Shown here: positions 30,541-39,947 of the stretch, in pieces
Layout: every line of letters begins with the position of its first letter
How positions within the stretch are numbered: the stretch's first letter is position 1
Notes under the pieces: model-generated
Database searches by the model: none
Told to the model about the DNA's origin: nothing
What the model saw: only the letters and a program-made list of their open reading frames with translations
Source of the DNA: Candidatus Binatia bacterium
GTDB lineage: Bacteria > Desulfobacterota > Binatia > UBA9968 > CAXXLF01
Length of the DNA: 64,000 nt
Direction of reading: 5' to 3'
Assembly: GCA_963664015.2 (NCBI GenBank)
Contig: CAXXLF010000002.1
Coordinates: 960,001 to 1,024,000 of the forward strand
Translations under genes and position numbers: made by a program

Positions 30541-31496
30541 CGTCGCATTCTGCGCTCACGTTGCCGGAAAAATCTAATCAGCGGGTCGACCACTGAAGCT
30601 GACGAATCGATAGTGACGAAATCGATACCGCTGCTTTGAAAGATCTTTCCCAATTCAACGGTCCGCTGGCGCGCCGTGCGCTCGAAGACACTACGAAACG
30701 CAGTAGAGCCCGTATCATAGAGTCCGGACAAGCCCGTCTCGGGATCCGTCAAAGTCACAAGTCCAACATTGGGGATCACCCGTTCTCTCGGATCCGTCAC
30801 ATGTACGGCGATCACATCATGTTTCCGATTAGCCGACCGCATGGCCCGTTCATAGCCCTCGTCAAAGAAATCACTGACAACGAAACAAACGGTTTTCCTT
30901 TTAGCGCTTCGGAGTAAAAACTCCATAGCACCAGCAATATGAGTTCCCCGCGGCTTCGGCGGCCGCGACAGCCATTGGGACCACCGCGAAAGGCGACCCA
31001 AACTCGACCCACCGTTGACGGACCCGAATCCGTCCTGTCCGTGGGCCAGGATCTCCCGGATTACCCGCAATACATGCTTTTGGCCCCTGCGTGGCGGAAT
31101 AAACTGTTCGACTCCCGAATGAAAGAGCGTCAAACCGACCTTGTCATCGTTGCGGATAGCGGAAAAGGCCAGTAGCGCCCCCAGCTCAGCCGTGGCTTCC
31201 CGTTTCGAACGATGGGCGGACCCGAAGTTCTGGGAGGCCGAGATATCGATCATCAACATGATGGTGAGTTGGCGCTCCTCCACGTAGCGTTTCACATAGG
31301 GAACACCCGTTCGGGCCGTCACGTTCCAATCGATGGAGCGGACATCGTCGCCCGGTACATAGGGACGGACCTCGTCGAACTCGACGCCGGCCCCCTTGAA
31401 TACGGATACGTACTCGCCGGCCAGGACGTCTGCGACCTGGCGGCCGGTACGTATCTGTATCTGACGTACCCGCTGGATAATTTCGCGAGGCAGCAT
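30537..31496 (-). CDS. DUF58 protein
   Basis: EFDEVRPYVPGDDVRSIDWNVTAR, EERQL, DISAS, VSDF. Confidence 0.92.
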   Translation of the reverse strand: MLPREIIQRVRQIQIRTGRQVADVLAGEYVSVFKGAGVEFDEVRPYVPGDDVRSIDWNVTARTGVPYVKRYVEERQLTIMLMIDISASQNFGSAHRSKREATAELGALLAFSAIRNDDKVGLTLFHSGVEQFIPPRRGQKHVLRVIREILAHGQDGFGSVNGGSSLGRLSRWSQWLSRPPKPRGTHIAGAMEFLLRSAKRKTVCFVVSDFFDEGYERAMRSANRKHDVIAVHVTDPRERVIPNVGLVTLTDPETGLSGLYDTGSTAFRSVFERTARQRTVELGKIFQSSGIDFVTIDSSASVVDPLIRFFRQRERRMRR

Positions 31497-31500
31497 AAGT

Positions 31501-32490
31501 TCAAGGCACCAAAACGGTGTCCAACACCATTTTGATGATATCGTCGGAACTTTTACCTTCTGCTTCCGCCTCGTAAGAAAGTACCACACGGTGGCGTAGA
31601 ACGTCCGGCGCCATGGTCTTGACATCGTGGGGCGTGACGTAATTGCGGCCCTGGAGAAGGGCATGGGCTTTGGCGGCCTTCATGAGGTTGATGGATCCAC
31701 GGGGACTGGCGCCGACTTCCACCAATCCCTGCAGACCGTCGATCTTCTCTGTAGATGAGTTTCGGGTTGCACGAACTAGATCGACGATATAATCACGAAC
31801 CTTATTATCCGTGAATACCGCATCGACGACACCCCGCATCTCCAATATCTGCTCGGGCTTGGCAACCTTTCTAACTCCCTCAACGAACCTTCCACCAGCC
31901 ATCCGATCCACGATTTTCCGCTCTTCATCACGGCTGGGATAGTCCACCTTGAGCTTGAGCATAAAGCGATCCAACTGGGCTTCGGGCAAAGGGTAGGTCC
32001 CCTCCTGCTCGATGGGGTTCTGGGTGGCAAGCACCAGAAAGGGTTCATGCAGCGGATAGGTCTGCCCCCCGATAGTCGCCTGGCGCTCCTGCATTGATTC
32101 CAGCAGCGCCGCCTGTACTTTGGCAGGGGCCCGGTTGATCTCGTCGGCAAGAATCAAGTTGGAAAAGATTGGCCCCTTCTTAATACTATAGGTACCTTCC
32201 CGTGGGTTGAAGATCTCTGTACCGGTTACGTCCGCAGGCAGCATATCGGGGGTAAACTGAATGCGGGAGAATCCCGTATCGATGGCCTCGGCCAGGGAGT
32301 GTACGGCCAACGTTTTAGCCAGACCCGGCACGCCTTCTAGCAGGACATGCCCTCCAGTGAGCAGTCCTATCAACAGCCGTGACAGCATGGGCTCCTGCCC
32401 CACCAGCACTCGACCGACTTCATCGATGAGACTGTTGACTAAATGAGAAAATTCGGCAATCCGATCATCATTAGGTGAGGTCGAACTCAT
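31501..32490 (-). CDS. moxR: MoxR-family AAA+ ATPase
   Basis: GVPGLAKT, RIQFTPD, DEINRAPAKVQ, ATQNPIEQEGTYPLPEAQLDRF. Confidence 0.95.
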   Translation of the reverse strand: MSSTSPNDDRIAEFSHLVNSLIDEVGRVLVGQEPMLSRLLIGLLTGGHVLLEGVPGLAKTLAVHSLAEAIDTGFSRIQFTPDMLPADVTGTEIFNPREGTYSIKKGPIFSNLILADEINRAPAKVQAALLESMQERQATIGGQTYPLHEPFLVLATQNPIEQEGTYPLPEAQLDRFMLKLKVDYPSRDEERKIVDRMAGGRFVEGVRKVAKPEQILEMRGVVDAVFTDNKVRDYIVDLVRATRNSSTEKIDGLQGLVEVGASPRGSINLMKAAKAHALLQGRNYVTPHDVKTMAPDVLRHRVVLSYEAEAEGKSSDDIIKMVLDTVLVP

Positions 32491-32716
32491 CTTTCCTCCT
32501 CAAGGTAAAATCTGTTTCAACAATATGGGCGCAACTCAGAACGAGCACGCAATCTATCACAAAGTTGTTTTAATAATACCTAAAATAAAAACCAGAGATA
32601 ACACTTTTGCTCCATCCCCCGAGTCCAAGGGCGATTGCTAGGGTTGAGCCGTCCTCCATATCATTGGGTCCGGTCACATTCGGTCGTTAGCTAGCATGGG
32701 ATCGGCCCCCCATGGT

Positions 32717-32745
32717 TTGCACCCGCGCACAGAAAGCACCATAAT
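32717..32745 (+). promoter_or_regulatory. Putative sigma70 promoter for a near-leaderless pgeF mRNA
   Basis: TTGCAC-17 nt-CATAAT ending 9 nt before the ATG; no SD. Confidence 0.5.
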
Positions 32746-32754
32746 ATTTTTCCA

Positions 32755-33534
32755 ATGGACATCGTATGGTTAAAGGTTCCCGCCTGGGAAAATCTCGATG
32801 GCATGATCCACGGCTTCCTGGGTCGCAAGGGAGGGAAGAGCCTCGGGCACTACTCGAGTCTAAATCTATCTGTCAGCGTGGGGGATAATCTCCAGACCGT
32901 AAAGGACAACCTCTGCGATCTCAAGAAGGTCGTGGGCGCTCATGACCTCAGAATCGTGACCATGACCCAAAGGCATCAGGACCACATCGCCGAGGTCACG
33001 GACCATCGCGCAAAGAACGCCGGCGAGGCAGACGGGATGATAACCAAGGAACGAGAAATATTTCTTGGCGTGCTCACCGCCGATTGCGTCCCCATCCTGT
33101 TCGCCGCACGGTCTCAGAAGGTAACGGCGGTGGTTCACGCCGGATGGCGCGGTACCATGGCGGGACTGCCTGGCAAAATGATTCGCCACCTCGGGGAACG
33201 TTACCAGGTGAAGCCCGAGGATCTGGAAGTTGCATTGGGACCGGCTATCGGCCCGTGCTGCTATGAAATCAAAGAAGACGTTTCGAAACTTTTATTGGCC
33301 CGGTGGAAAGAAATCACTGAACAGAGCCTGCAGGAGAGGAACGGCAAACTGTTCCTTGATTTGAGAAAGCTCAGCATACTCCAATTGGACAATGTCGGTA
33401 TCCCTCACTCCAAGATTTTTACCATAGGCCCCTGTACCTCATGTGCATCCGATGATTTTTTCTCCTACCGCTGCGATTCGGATAATGGCGATCACGAGAC
33501 CGGCCGCCAGCTGAGCTTCATCGGCTGGCGGTAA
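32755..33534 (+). CDS. pgeF: Peptidoglycan editing factor PgeF/YfiH (laccase-domain family)
   Basis: SLNL, QRH, TADCVPIL, HAGWRG, GPAIGPCCYE, FFSYR, GRQ. Confidence 0.92.
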   Translation: MDIVWLKVPAWENLDGMIHGFLGRKGGKSLGHYSSLNLSVSVGDNLQTVKDNLCDLKKVVGAHDLRIVTMTQRHQDHIAEVTDHRAKNAGEADGMITKEREIFLGVLTADCVPILFAARSQKVTAVVHAGWRGTMAGLPGKMIRHLGERYQVKPEDLEVALGPAIGPCCYEIKEDVSKLLLARWKEITEQSLQERNGKLFLDLRKLSILQLDNVGIPHSKIFTIGPCTSCASDDFFSYRCDSDNGDHETGRQLSFIGWR

Positions 33535-33598
33535 ATTCATACCAATTCACAGCGAAAGCTTGCGCCGTTCGGCTAATCCCCCTTCGATCCGAGCCTCA

Positions 33599-33639
33599 TG
33601 GTTCGAGTTTCCTCACCACCCTGAGCCTGTCGATGGGTC
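33599..33639 (+). repeat. REP-like dispersed repeat, copy 1
   Basis: 39/41 identical to 42100-42140 (TGGTTCGAG.T.CCTCACCACCCTGAGCCTGTCGATGGGTC). Confidence 0.85.
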
Positions 33640-33790
33640 AAAGGGTCAGGGTCGAAGACATGACGTAGCCTCGACGGCCGCTTAACGCTTGGCTAGCAGT
33701 AAACCAGGACTAATTGCTGAGAAATGAGGCCTGAACCTGTCAGCCGAGCCCAAGGCCTGAGTTGAGCTTTTTCAATAAGTTGAAAAAAAG

Positions 33791-33819
33791 TTGACAACGG
33801 AAACCCCCTTTTGTAAACT
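33791..33819 (+). promoter_or_regulatory. Sigma70 promoter
   Basis: TTGACA (33791-33796), 17-nt spacer, TAAACT (33814-33819); A-tract upstream. Confidence 0.8.
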
Positions 33820-33825
33820 GCCCGC

Positions 33826-34006
33826 AGCAGAGAAAGGAGGTGGTCTAGTGATATATAACATAGAATTTGACTGCGAGGTGGCTGAGACTTAGGCTTCTAA
33901 GCCAGTAATCCTTGTCAGGAGCTTTTTGGGATTGTGGCGTAGGAGCCTAGAATTCCAATCAGCACACCTAGTCCTGGCCGAATATTTATTCGGCCAGGAC
34001 TTTTTT
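33826..34006 (+). ncRNA. Candidate ~180-nt small RNA / sORF-bearing RNA of unknown family
   Basis: Bounded by a consensus promoter and a perfect terminator; contains an anti-16S-tail segment, a 14-codon ORF and a 60-nt hairpin; no downstream gene on this strand. Confidence 0.65.
33848..33892 (+). CDS. 14-aa small ORF MIYNIEFDCEVAET
   Basis: GTG 7 nt after GGAGG of AGAAAGGAGGTG; TAG at 33890-33892. Confidence 0.5.
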   Translation: MIYNIEFDCEVAET

Positions 34007-34010
34007 ATTT
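33970..34010 (+). terminator. Rho-independent terminator
   Basis: Perfect 14-bp stem AGTCCTGGCCGAAT/ATTCGGCCAGGACT, 4-nt loop, followed by TTTTTATTT. Confidence 0.9.
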
Positions 34011-34047
34011 TATTTAACCAAGAGGTGGTTGAAATTATCCGATGGGC

Positions 34048-34653
34048 TCATTTCGCAAGGCGCTGCAGCGCGAATTCAGCCGCCCGGCGAACTTTCTCAT
34101 CGGCGTCCTGCAATAAGATGTAACGCAAAATCGTCACGGTTTCCTTACTGGCCGGTGGCTGCTCCCCGAGGGTATTGACCACGGCTACGCGAACCATGGG
34201 ATCTGCATCTTGAAGGGTCTGATGCAGCAACTGGTGGGCCACCTCCCGCTTATGATCCAAATACCGCAGGCAATAAACGCCCATCCTCTTCTGTAACGAG
34301 CTGCCGGTCAATAAGAGGTCAGTGAGTCTAGTAAATATACGATCATCGGTCTTCCCCAGGCGGCTCAATGCGACGACGGTTGCCCATCGGACATCGGCAT
34401 CTTCGCTCCCAAGGGCATCCACCAGGACTTCAAGGCCCGGCATGGACAAGACGCTGAGTTGGGCAAGGGTGTAGGCCACGGGCCAACGCCTTCCACGCTC
34501 CAGGCCTCGGAAAAGACCATTCAGAGCATTCTGGACCTCCGTCGTTTCCGCTCCCAACCTGACCAACGCATCGACCGCGGCACGCACTACCGCCTTATCC
34601 GAATGGGTAAGGGATTGCACCAGAGCGTCAATATTTTCGCTCGCTGCTTTCAT
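34048..34653 (-). CDS. HEAT-repeat protein
   Basis: Repeated D..VR.A...AL..L units. Confidence 0.8.
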   Translation of the reverse strand: MKAASENIDALVQSLTHSDKAVVRAAVDALVRLGAETTEVQNALNGLFRGLERGRRWPVAYTLAQLSVLSMPGLEVLVDALGSEDADVRWATVVALSRLGKTDDRIFTRLTDLLLTGSSLQKRMGVYCLRYLDHKREVAHQLLHQTLQDADPMVRVAVVNTLGEQPPASKETVTILRYILLQDADEKVRRAAEFALQRLAK

Positions 34654-34664
34654 ACGACAGTGGC

Positions 34665-35883
34665 TTATTCCTCAAGGGGGAGATTGACGGAATAAGGTTG
34701 AACCCCACCCTTCCTCACTATCGGCTCGCACGGTACCATGGTGCGCTTCGACAATTGTTTTGACGATAAACAGGCCCAACCCGGTTCCCTCGATGCGTTC
34801 AGAGCCCTTCAAACGACGGAATTGAGAAAAGAGGAGTGGGAGTTCTTCCTCTGCGATTCCGACACCCGTGTCTTTCACTGCGACGCACACATGATCATCT
34901 TCCAATTTGGAACTGACCGTGACCTTGCCGCCAGTGCGCGTGAACTTGATGGCATTGCCAATAAGATTCCAAACCACGCGATCCAGTTGAACCTCATCTC
35001 CCGGGACTTCGGGAAGCTCTTCATCCAGGTTCAGCTCCATCGTGAGCTTCTTACGCTGTGCTTCTGGCTCCTGAGCCCGGGCTGCCTACTGCAGCAGTCG
35101 GTTCACCTGCACCGGTCGGTGCTCCACTTGCATGTTTCGCGCTTCGGCGCGGCTTGCCTCGAGAAAACCCGTAACCAAGTTAACAATCCTGCGGGCGCCG
35201 TCTCGCATGCGCCGCCAAACTTCTTTTTCCGAGTCCCCCTCAACAGACTCCTCCAATTTGAGTTCCGCTTACCCCATGATGATTCCAAGGGGGGTTTTAA
35301 TATCGTGAACTAGTGCTGTCACCAGACCCATCTTCAACTGTCCTCGCTCCTTCGCAACTTCCGCCCGTCGCCTTTCTCGATTGGCGTTTTCCGTGAGATA
35401 CCCATAGAGGATGGAGACCCCGAACAGAAAGGTAATCCGGATAAAGACCTCACTGCCGAGGTTGGCTATGGCTGCTTTCTGGGAGAGAAGAAGCATCACG
35501 TAGACCGCGCTGATCAGGATTGAGCCGAGAACAATGCGCATCATGCTTTGCCCCAGGGCCGCAAGAAACATGGCAAATAAGTAAATCAGGAAGAAATCCC
35601 ATGAGAGGTCTTTGTTAAGATGAATCACGCTGGAGAGCAGCAAAGTGTCGCACAGCATCAGCACGGTGCCGAAATAAGGGTGATAGAAAATACGTTCGGG
35701 GATCCGGTAGAGCACCAGGACGCTAACCAGGAAGATAACCACCAGCCCGTGAACCCAGGGATCGTCGGAGACCTGCTCTCCCTTGGGAAAGAGGATGAGA
35801 AAAGAGGTTGCTATGGCAATCATCCACTGGAGGATGATTGCCGTGTATTGTTTATCGGCCATGTTGCTTTCGCCAGCCATCAA
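34665..35883 (-). pseudogene. Membrane sensor histidine kinase, disrupted
   Basis: TM region and H-box HDIKTPL, then in-frame TAA (35269-35271) and in-frame TAG (35086-35088), then HATPase (NAIKFT, DTGVGI, GTGLGL) and a terminal frameshift (restored end SVNLPLEE* at 34665). Confidence 0.88.
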
Positions 35884-35909
35884 TAGTGAAGGATGCCCTC
35901 AACTCTTTC

Positions 35910-36761
35910 TCATGTGGAAAGCGAGTGCGTCATCCCTTTTCCTCCCTCAGAACCCATCTTTGCCATCAGGTCCTTGAGCCGTGCCGGGTAATCGGTAACG
36001 ATTCCCCCGACACCCATACGAATCAGCTGGTCCATTTCGTGGGTATCGTTGATAGTCCATGCATGGACTTCAACTCCAAGGTCACGGGCCGCGTCCAGTG
36101 TTTCTGGTTGGATCAGTTTCATCTCGTTGTACACGCGGGGAACCTGAAGCGCGTGGCCCTGAGGCACAAATGTTTCTTTTCGCCCGCCCCATACCCACTG
36201 CATGAAGGCCTCGGCTTCACCGTAAGAGAAGCCGGTCGCAATGATCGTATTTTGGTCGCGGATCTGGCGGCGTATCTTGCCCATCACCGCATCGTTCTCG
36301 GCGCCCAGTAAAACTTGGTCGGCCTTATTCCACCGCTTGATGCAGGCAATTACATTATGAATGAAGGGGATTCGGCCCTCTTTCACATCCAAAGTCACCT
36401 TGGCCTGGGGAAAGCTCGTAAAGAACTCCTCGAGCGTTGGGATTTCTATCCTTTGACCGCGATAGGGGAAACTCATCCCCCCGTCGGAACTGAACCCATA
36501 ACCGGCGTCAAGACCCTTCAACTCGTTGAGCGGTCGGTGCCTGACCTCACCCTTCCCGTTAGTGGTTCGATCCAAGGTCTCATCATGAAAAATCAGGATC
36601 TCCCCATCCTGGGATTCCCGCAAATCGGTCTCAACAAAATCAGCGCCCTCGGCAAAAGCCCTCTCCATGGAGACCAGGGTATTCTCCGGGGTTGATCCGG
36701 AAGCCCCACGGTGCCCACCGAGCATGATTTTGTCGGTCTCAAAAAAGGAGAGCTTTACCAT
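35910..36761 (-). CDS. Glycerophosphodiester phosphodiesterase
   Basis: GHRGA...PENT, ETD, HD.TLDRTTNG, IPTLEE, WTIND, TDYP. Confidence 0.92.
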   Translation of the reverse strand: MVKLSFFETDKIMLGGHRGASGSTPENTLVSMERAFAEGADFVETDLRESQDGEILIFHDETLDRTTNGKGEVRHRPLNELKGLDAGYGFSSDGGMSFPYRGQRIEIPTLEEFFTSFPQAKVTLDVKEGRIPFIHNVIACIKRWNKADQVLLGAENDAVMGKIRRQIRDQNTIIATGFSYGEAEAFMQWVWGGRKETFVPQGHALQVPRVYNEMKLIQPETLDAARDLGVEVHAWTINDTHEMDQLIRMGVGGIVTDYPARLKDLMAKMGSEGGKGMTHSLST

Positions 36762-36771
36762 CCTAAGTAGC

Positions 36772-37926
36772 TTAAATCTCAAGAAATTTTGGGGCTCTGG
36801 TCAGGTTCCGGTTACCTCCACGGGTAACCAGGACCACGTCCTCCAGCCGAACCCCGCCCATACCCATATAGTATAACCCAGGTTCGACCGTCACGACATG
36901 CCCTTTGTGAAGTATCGACGGAACGCCTCCGATTCGCGGTGGCTCGTGGATATCCAACCCTAAGCCATGACCGGTTCCATGGAAAAAGCCCTGCATCCTG
37001 CCACCCATGTGACCGGTGGGGAAGCCCCTTTCCTTAAACAACTGAAGTATCTTCTGATGCACCTCGTAACCGTCGACTCCGTCCCGAATATGACGGAAGC
37101 CAAGCTCCTGTCCCTGGCGCACCGATTCATAGGCTTCCTTCAAGCGTTCCGAAGCTCTTCCTCGCACCACGGTACGGCTCAAATCCCCGAAATAACCGGT
37201 CTGTTCTGAACGAGGAAAGATATCAAATACGATAGAGGTATGGGCCCGGATGAGTCCATGACCTTCGTTGTGGGGATCACAGCACTGATTGCCCGAGGAG
37301 ATGATGGTATGGCTAGGCACCCAGCCTTGGGCCATGATCGCTGTATTGACGACCGTTTTGAGATCCTCGGAAGTCATCCGCCGGCGGTTGAAGTACAGGT
37401 AACGGTCTCTTCCGATCTTAGTTTTTCTCAAGGCATCGATTCCGGCCTCCAATCCCAACTCAGCGATTCGAATCGAGTCGCGGATTTTGGCTACCTCATG
37501 GGGGGCCTTTGTCTCCCTGTCTTCAAAGTAGGGGTCGTTTTGGATGACCACGCTGAAGCCGGCGGACCTTAACTCATCGGCAAGGAAGATAGGGAAGTTC
37601 GTGGGAACCAAGAGCGCGCGGATTCGCTTTTCCTTGAAGATCAACGTCAGGATGTCGCTAGTTGTGACCTCCCCCCCCCCCCCATGGCGGAGACGTCGCA
37701 CGTATCCAGAAAGCGATTGAACGAAATGGACCTTTGCCTCTCTTTTTGCCCGATCTACTTCAAGGTCGTTCATCACCAGATATTTCTTCCCCAGGTGCTG
37801 AAAAAATATGAATGGATCTGGCGCAAAGAAACTGGTAGCATATAGAAGGTTGGCGTCGGATTCGCTTGCCGCGAAGATCAACCTGGCCGAGGTTTTGTTC
37901 AAAATTTTTCGTGTTTGAATCATCAT
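36772..37926 (-). CDS. Xaa-Pro aminopeptidase (M24B)
   Basis: PH, DIFPR...YFGDLSRT, HGTGHGLGLDIHE, TVEPGLY, GVRLED. Confidence 0.92.
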   Translation of the reverse strand: MMIQTRKILNKTSARLIFAASESDANLLYATSFFAPDPFIFFQHLGKKYLVMNDLEVDRAKREAKVHFVQSLSGYVRRLRHGGGGEVTTSDILTLIFKEKRIRALLVPTNFPIFLADELRSAGFSVVIQNDPYFEDRETKAPHEVAKIRDSIRIAELGLEAGIDALRKTKIGRDRYLYFNRRRMTSEDLKTVVNTAIMAQGWVPSHTIISSGNQCCDPHNEGHGLIRAHTSIVFDIFPRSEQTGYFGDLSRTVVRGRASERLKEAYESVRQGQELGFRHIRDGVDGYEVHQKILQLFKERGFPTGHMGGRMQGFFHGTGHGLGLDIHEPPRIGGVPSILHKGHVVTVEPGLYYMGMGGVRLEDVVLVTRGGNRNLTRAPKFLEI

Positions 37927-38082
37927 CTTAATCGAACCTTTTATTTCGGATCCACAAGAGCGGTATTGAGCGGTGACGGGGAATTATTAGCGAATAGTGC
38001 ATGATCGGCACGAACAACTCCAAGATACCAATTTCACTGTCAATTCTCAAGGAATAAGTGCTAACCATCCATCCCTTTTTTA

Positions 38083-38110
38083 TTGACAGCGGCTCTCCTT
38101 TCGTTAATAT
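38083..38110 (+). promoter_or_regulatory. Putative sigma70 promoter of the acyl-CoA carboxylase operon
   Basis: TTGACA-16 nt-TAATAT. Confidence 0.5.
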
Positions 38111-38241
38111 TGATCCCCAAAGCAGGCAATTGGAATATATCTCGAATAGACTAGTGTCGTTACGGACATCTCGGGTCGTTTTTCTAGGGCCCCCTATCCA
38201 ACTTAACACAACCAAAACCATACAATAGAGGCATCAAGCAG

Positions 38242-39792
38242 ATGGGTTTAAAAGAGAACTTAGAAAAGCTGAAAGAGCTCAACAAAAACTCCGAGTTAGG
38301 TGGCGGAGAAGACAAGATTCGCCGTCAGCGAGACCAAGGTAAGCTTCTGGCGCGCGAGCGTATTGACATTTTGTTGGACCACGGGAGCTTTATAGAATTG
38401 GATCGCTTCCGCACCCACAACTGTCACGACTTCGACATGGATGCTCAGCGAATACCCGGAGACGCCGTGGTCACCGGTTACGGCACCATCGAAGGCAGGA
38501 CCGTCTACGTCTATTCCCAGGATTTTACCGTTTTTGGAGGGAGCCTAAGTGGAGTCGTAGCAGAGAAGATTTGCAAAGTAATGGATCTCGCCATCGCAAA
38601 TGGTGCTCCAATATTGGGCATCAACGATTCCGGTGGTGCGCGGATACAAGAAGGAGTGGTCAGCCTTGCCGGATACGCCGACATTTTCCTCAAAAATGTG
38701 TTGGCCTCAGGTGTCGTTCCACAGATTTCGGCTATCATGGGACCATGTGCGGGAGGCGCCGTTTATTCGCCCGCGATCACCGACTTTATCTTTATGACCA
38801 AATCAAGCAGCTACATGTTCATCACGGGACCGGACGTGATCAAGACCGTTACCCATGAAGAAGTCACCAAGGAGGAGTTGGGAGGCGCTGAAACCCACAA
38901 TACGAAGAGCGGCGTAGCCCATTTTTCCGCCGAGAGCGAGAAGGAGTGTCTTCTCATGATGCGGGAACTCATGGGGTTCCTACCCAGCAATAATCTGGAA
39001 GATCCTCCGTTCCATCCGACCGACGATGATCTGCTTCGACGCGAGGCGAAACTCAAGGATTTAATTCCAGACAATCCTAACCGTCCATACGACATGAAAG
39101 AACTGATTCAGGCCGTAATGGACGAAGGGTATTTTTACGAGGTACAACGGGACTTTGCTGCCAACATCATTGTGGGGTTTGCCCGCCTTGGCGGATGGCC
39201 GGTTGGGATAGTTGCCAACCAACCCGCCAACTTGGCCGGATGCCTGGATATTGACGCGTCGACCAAGGCGGCCCGTTTTATTCGATTCTGCGACTGTTTT
39301 AACATTCCGGTGGTGACTTTCGTCGACGTCCCAGGGTTTCTGCCTGGCACGGCACAGGAGTACGGTGGCATCATCCGCCACGGCGCGAAACTCTTGTACG
39401 CCTATGCGGAAGCAACGGTTCCTAAAATTACCGTAATCACCCGCAAGGCCTATGGCGGAGGCTATATCGTAATGTCCAGCAAACACTTACGCGGCGATAT
39501 CAACTTCGCCTATCCAACTGGCGAAATTGCGGTCATGGGGCCGGAGGGCGCCATCAACATTGTCTTCCGCGATGCTCTTCAAAAGACTGAAAATCCAGAA
39601 AAGACACGAGAGGAACTGGCGGAAAATTATCGCCAAACGTTTGCCAATCCTTTCAAGGCCGCCGAACTGGGTTATGTGGACGCGGTCATCCCTCCTGAGG
39701 ATACCCGTCCTTCCCTTATTCGCTCCCTGGAAATGCTCAAGAAGAAGCGGGCCAGCAACCCGCCCAAAAAACATGGCAACATACCGTTATAA
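38242..39792 (+). CDS. pccB: Acyl-CoA (propionyl/methylmalonyl-CoA-type) carboxyltransferase beta subunit
   Basis: [47 protein letters not shown]. Confidence 0.9.
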   Translation: MGLKENLEKLKELNKNSELGGGEDKIRRQRDQGKLLARERIDILLDHGSFIELDRFRTHNCHDFDMDAQRIPGDAVVTGYGTIEGRTVYVYSQDFTVFGGSLSGVVAEKICKVMDLAIANGAPILGINDSGGARIQEGVVSLAGYADIFLKNVLASGVVPQISAIMGPCAGGAVYSPAITDFIFMTKSSSYMFITGPDVIKTVTHEEVTKEELGGAETHNTKSGVAHFSAESEKECLLMMRELMGFLPSNNLEDPPFHPTDDDLLRREAKLKDLIPDNPNRPYDMKELIQAVMDEGYFYEVQRDFAANIIVGFARLGGWPVGIVANQPANLAGCLDIDASTKAARFIRFCDCFNIPVVTFVDVPGFLPGTAQEYGGIIRHGAKLLYAYAEATVPKITVITRKAYGGGYIVMSSKHLRGDINFAYPTGEIAVMGPEGAINIVFRDALQKTENPEKTREELAENYRQTFANPFKAAELGYVDAVIPPEDTRPSLIRSLEMLKKKRASNPPKKHGNIPL

Positions 39793-39947
39793 GATAGAGA
39801 CAGGGACAGCGACAGAGAAAAGAGGGCAGCCCCATTTATTTCCTGCTTCTCTGTCTTCACCTTGTTCTATCCATGTCCTAATTTCTTCGTCTTACTCTGT
39901 CTCAAATCTCTGTCTCTGTCTGTTGCCCCCTGTCTTTGTCTATTCAA

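Noticed and set aside
22344-32490. MoxR/vWA operon as a novel system
   Set aside because: Matches the known MoxR-DUF58-BatABCDE organisation
33831-33849. Possible 16S rRNA gene remnant on the minus strand
   Set aside because: Similarity stops after 19 nt, and the segment sits right after a plus-strand promoter and before a start codon
33826-34006. 6S RNA, SRP RNA, tmRNA or riboswitch identity for the small RNA
   Set aside because: No single long rod with central bubble, no SRP domain IV motif, no tRNA-like ends, and no downstream gene to regulate; an Rfam scan is still needed
35086-35271. Stop-codon readthrough in the sensor kinase
   Set aside because: Two different stops (TAA, TAG) plus a frameshift indicate a pseudogene
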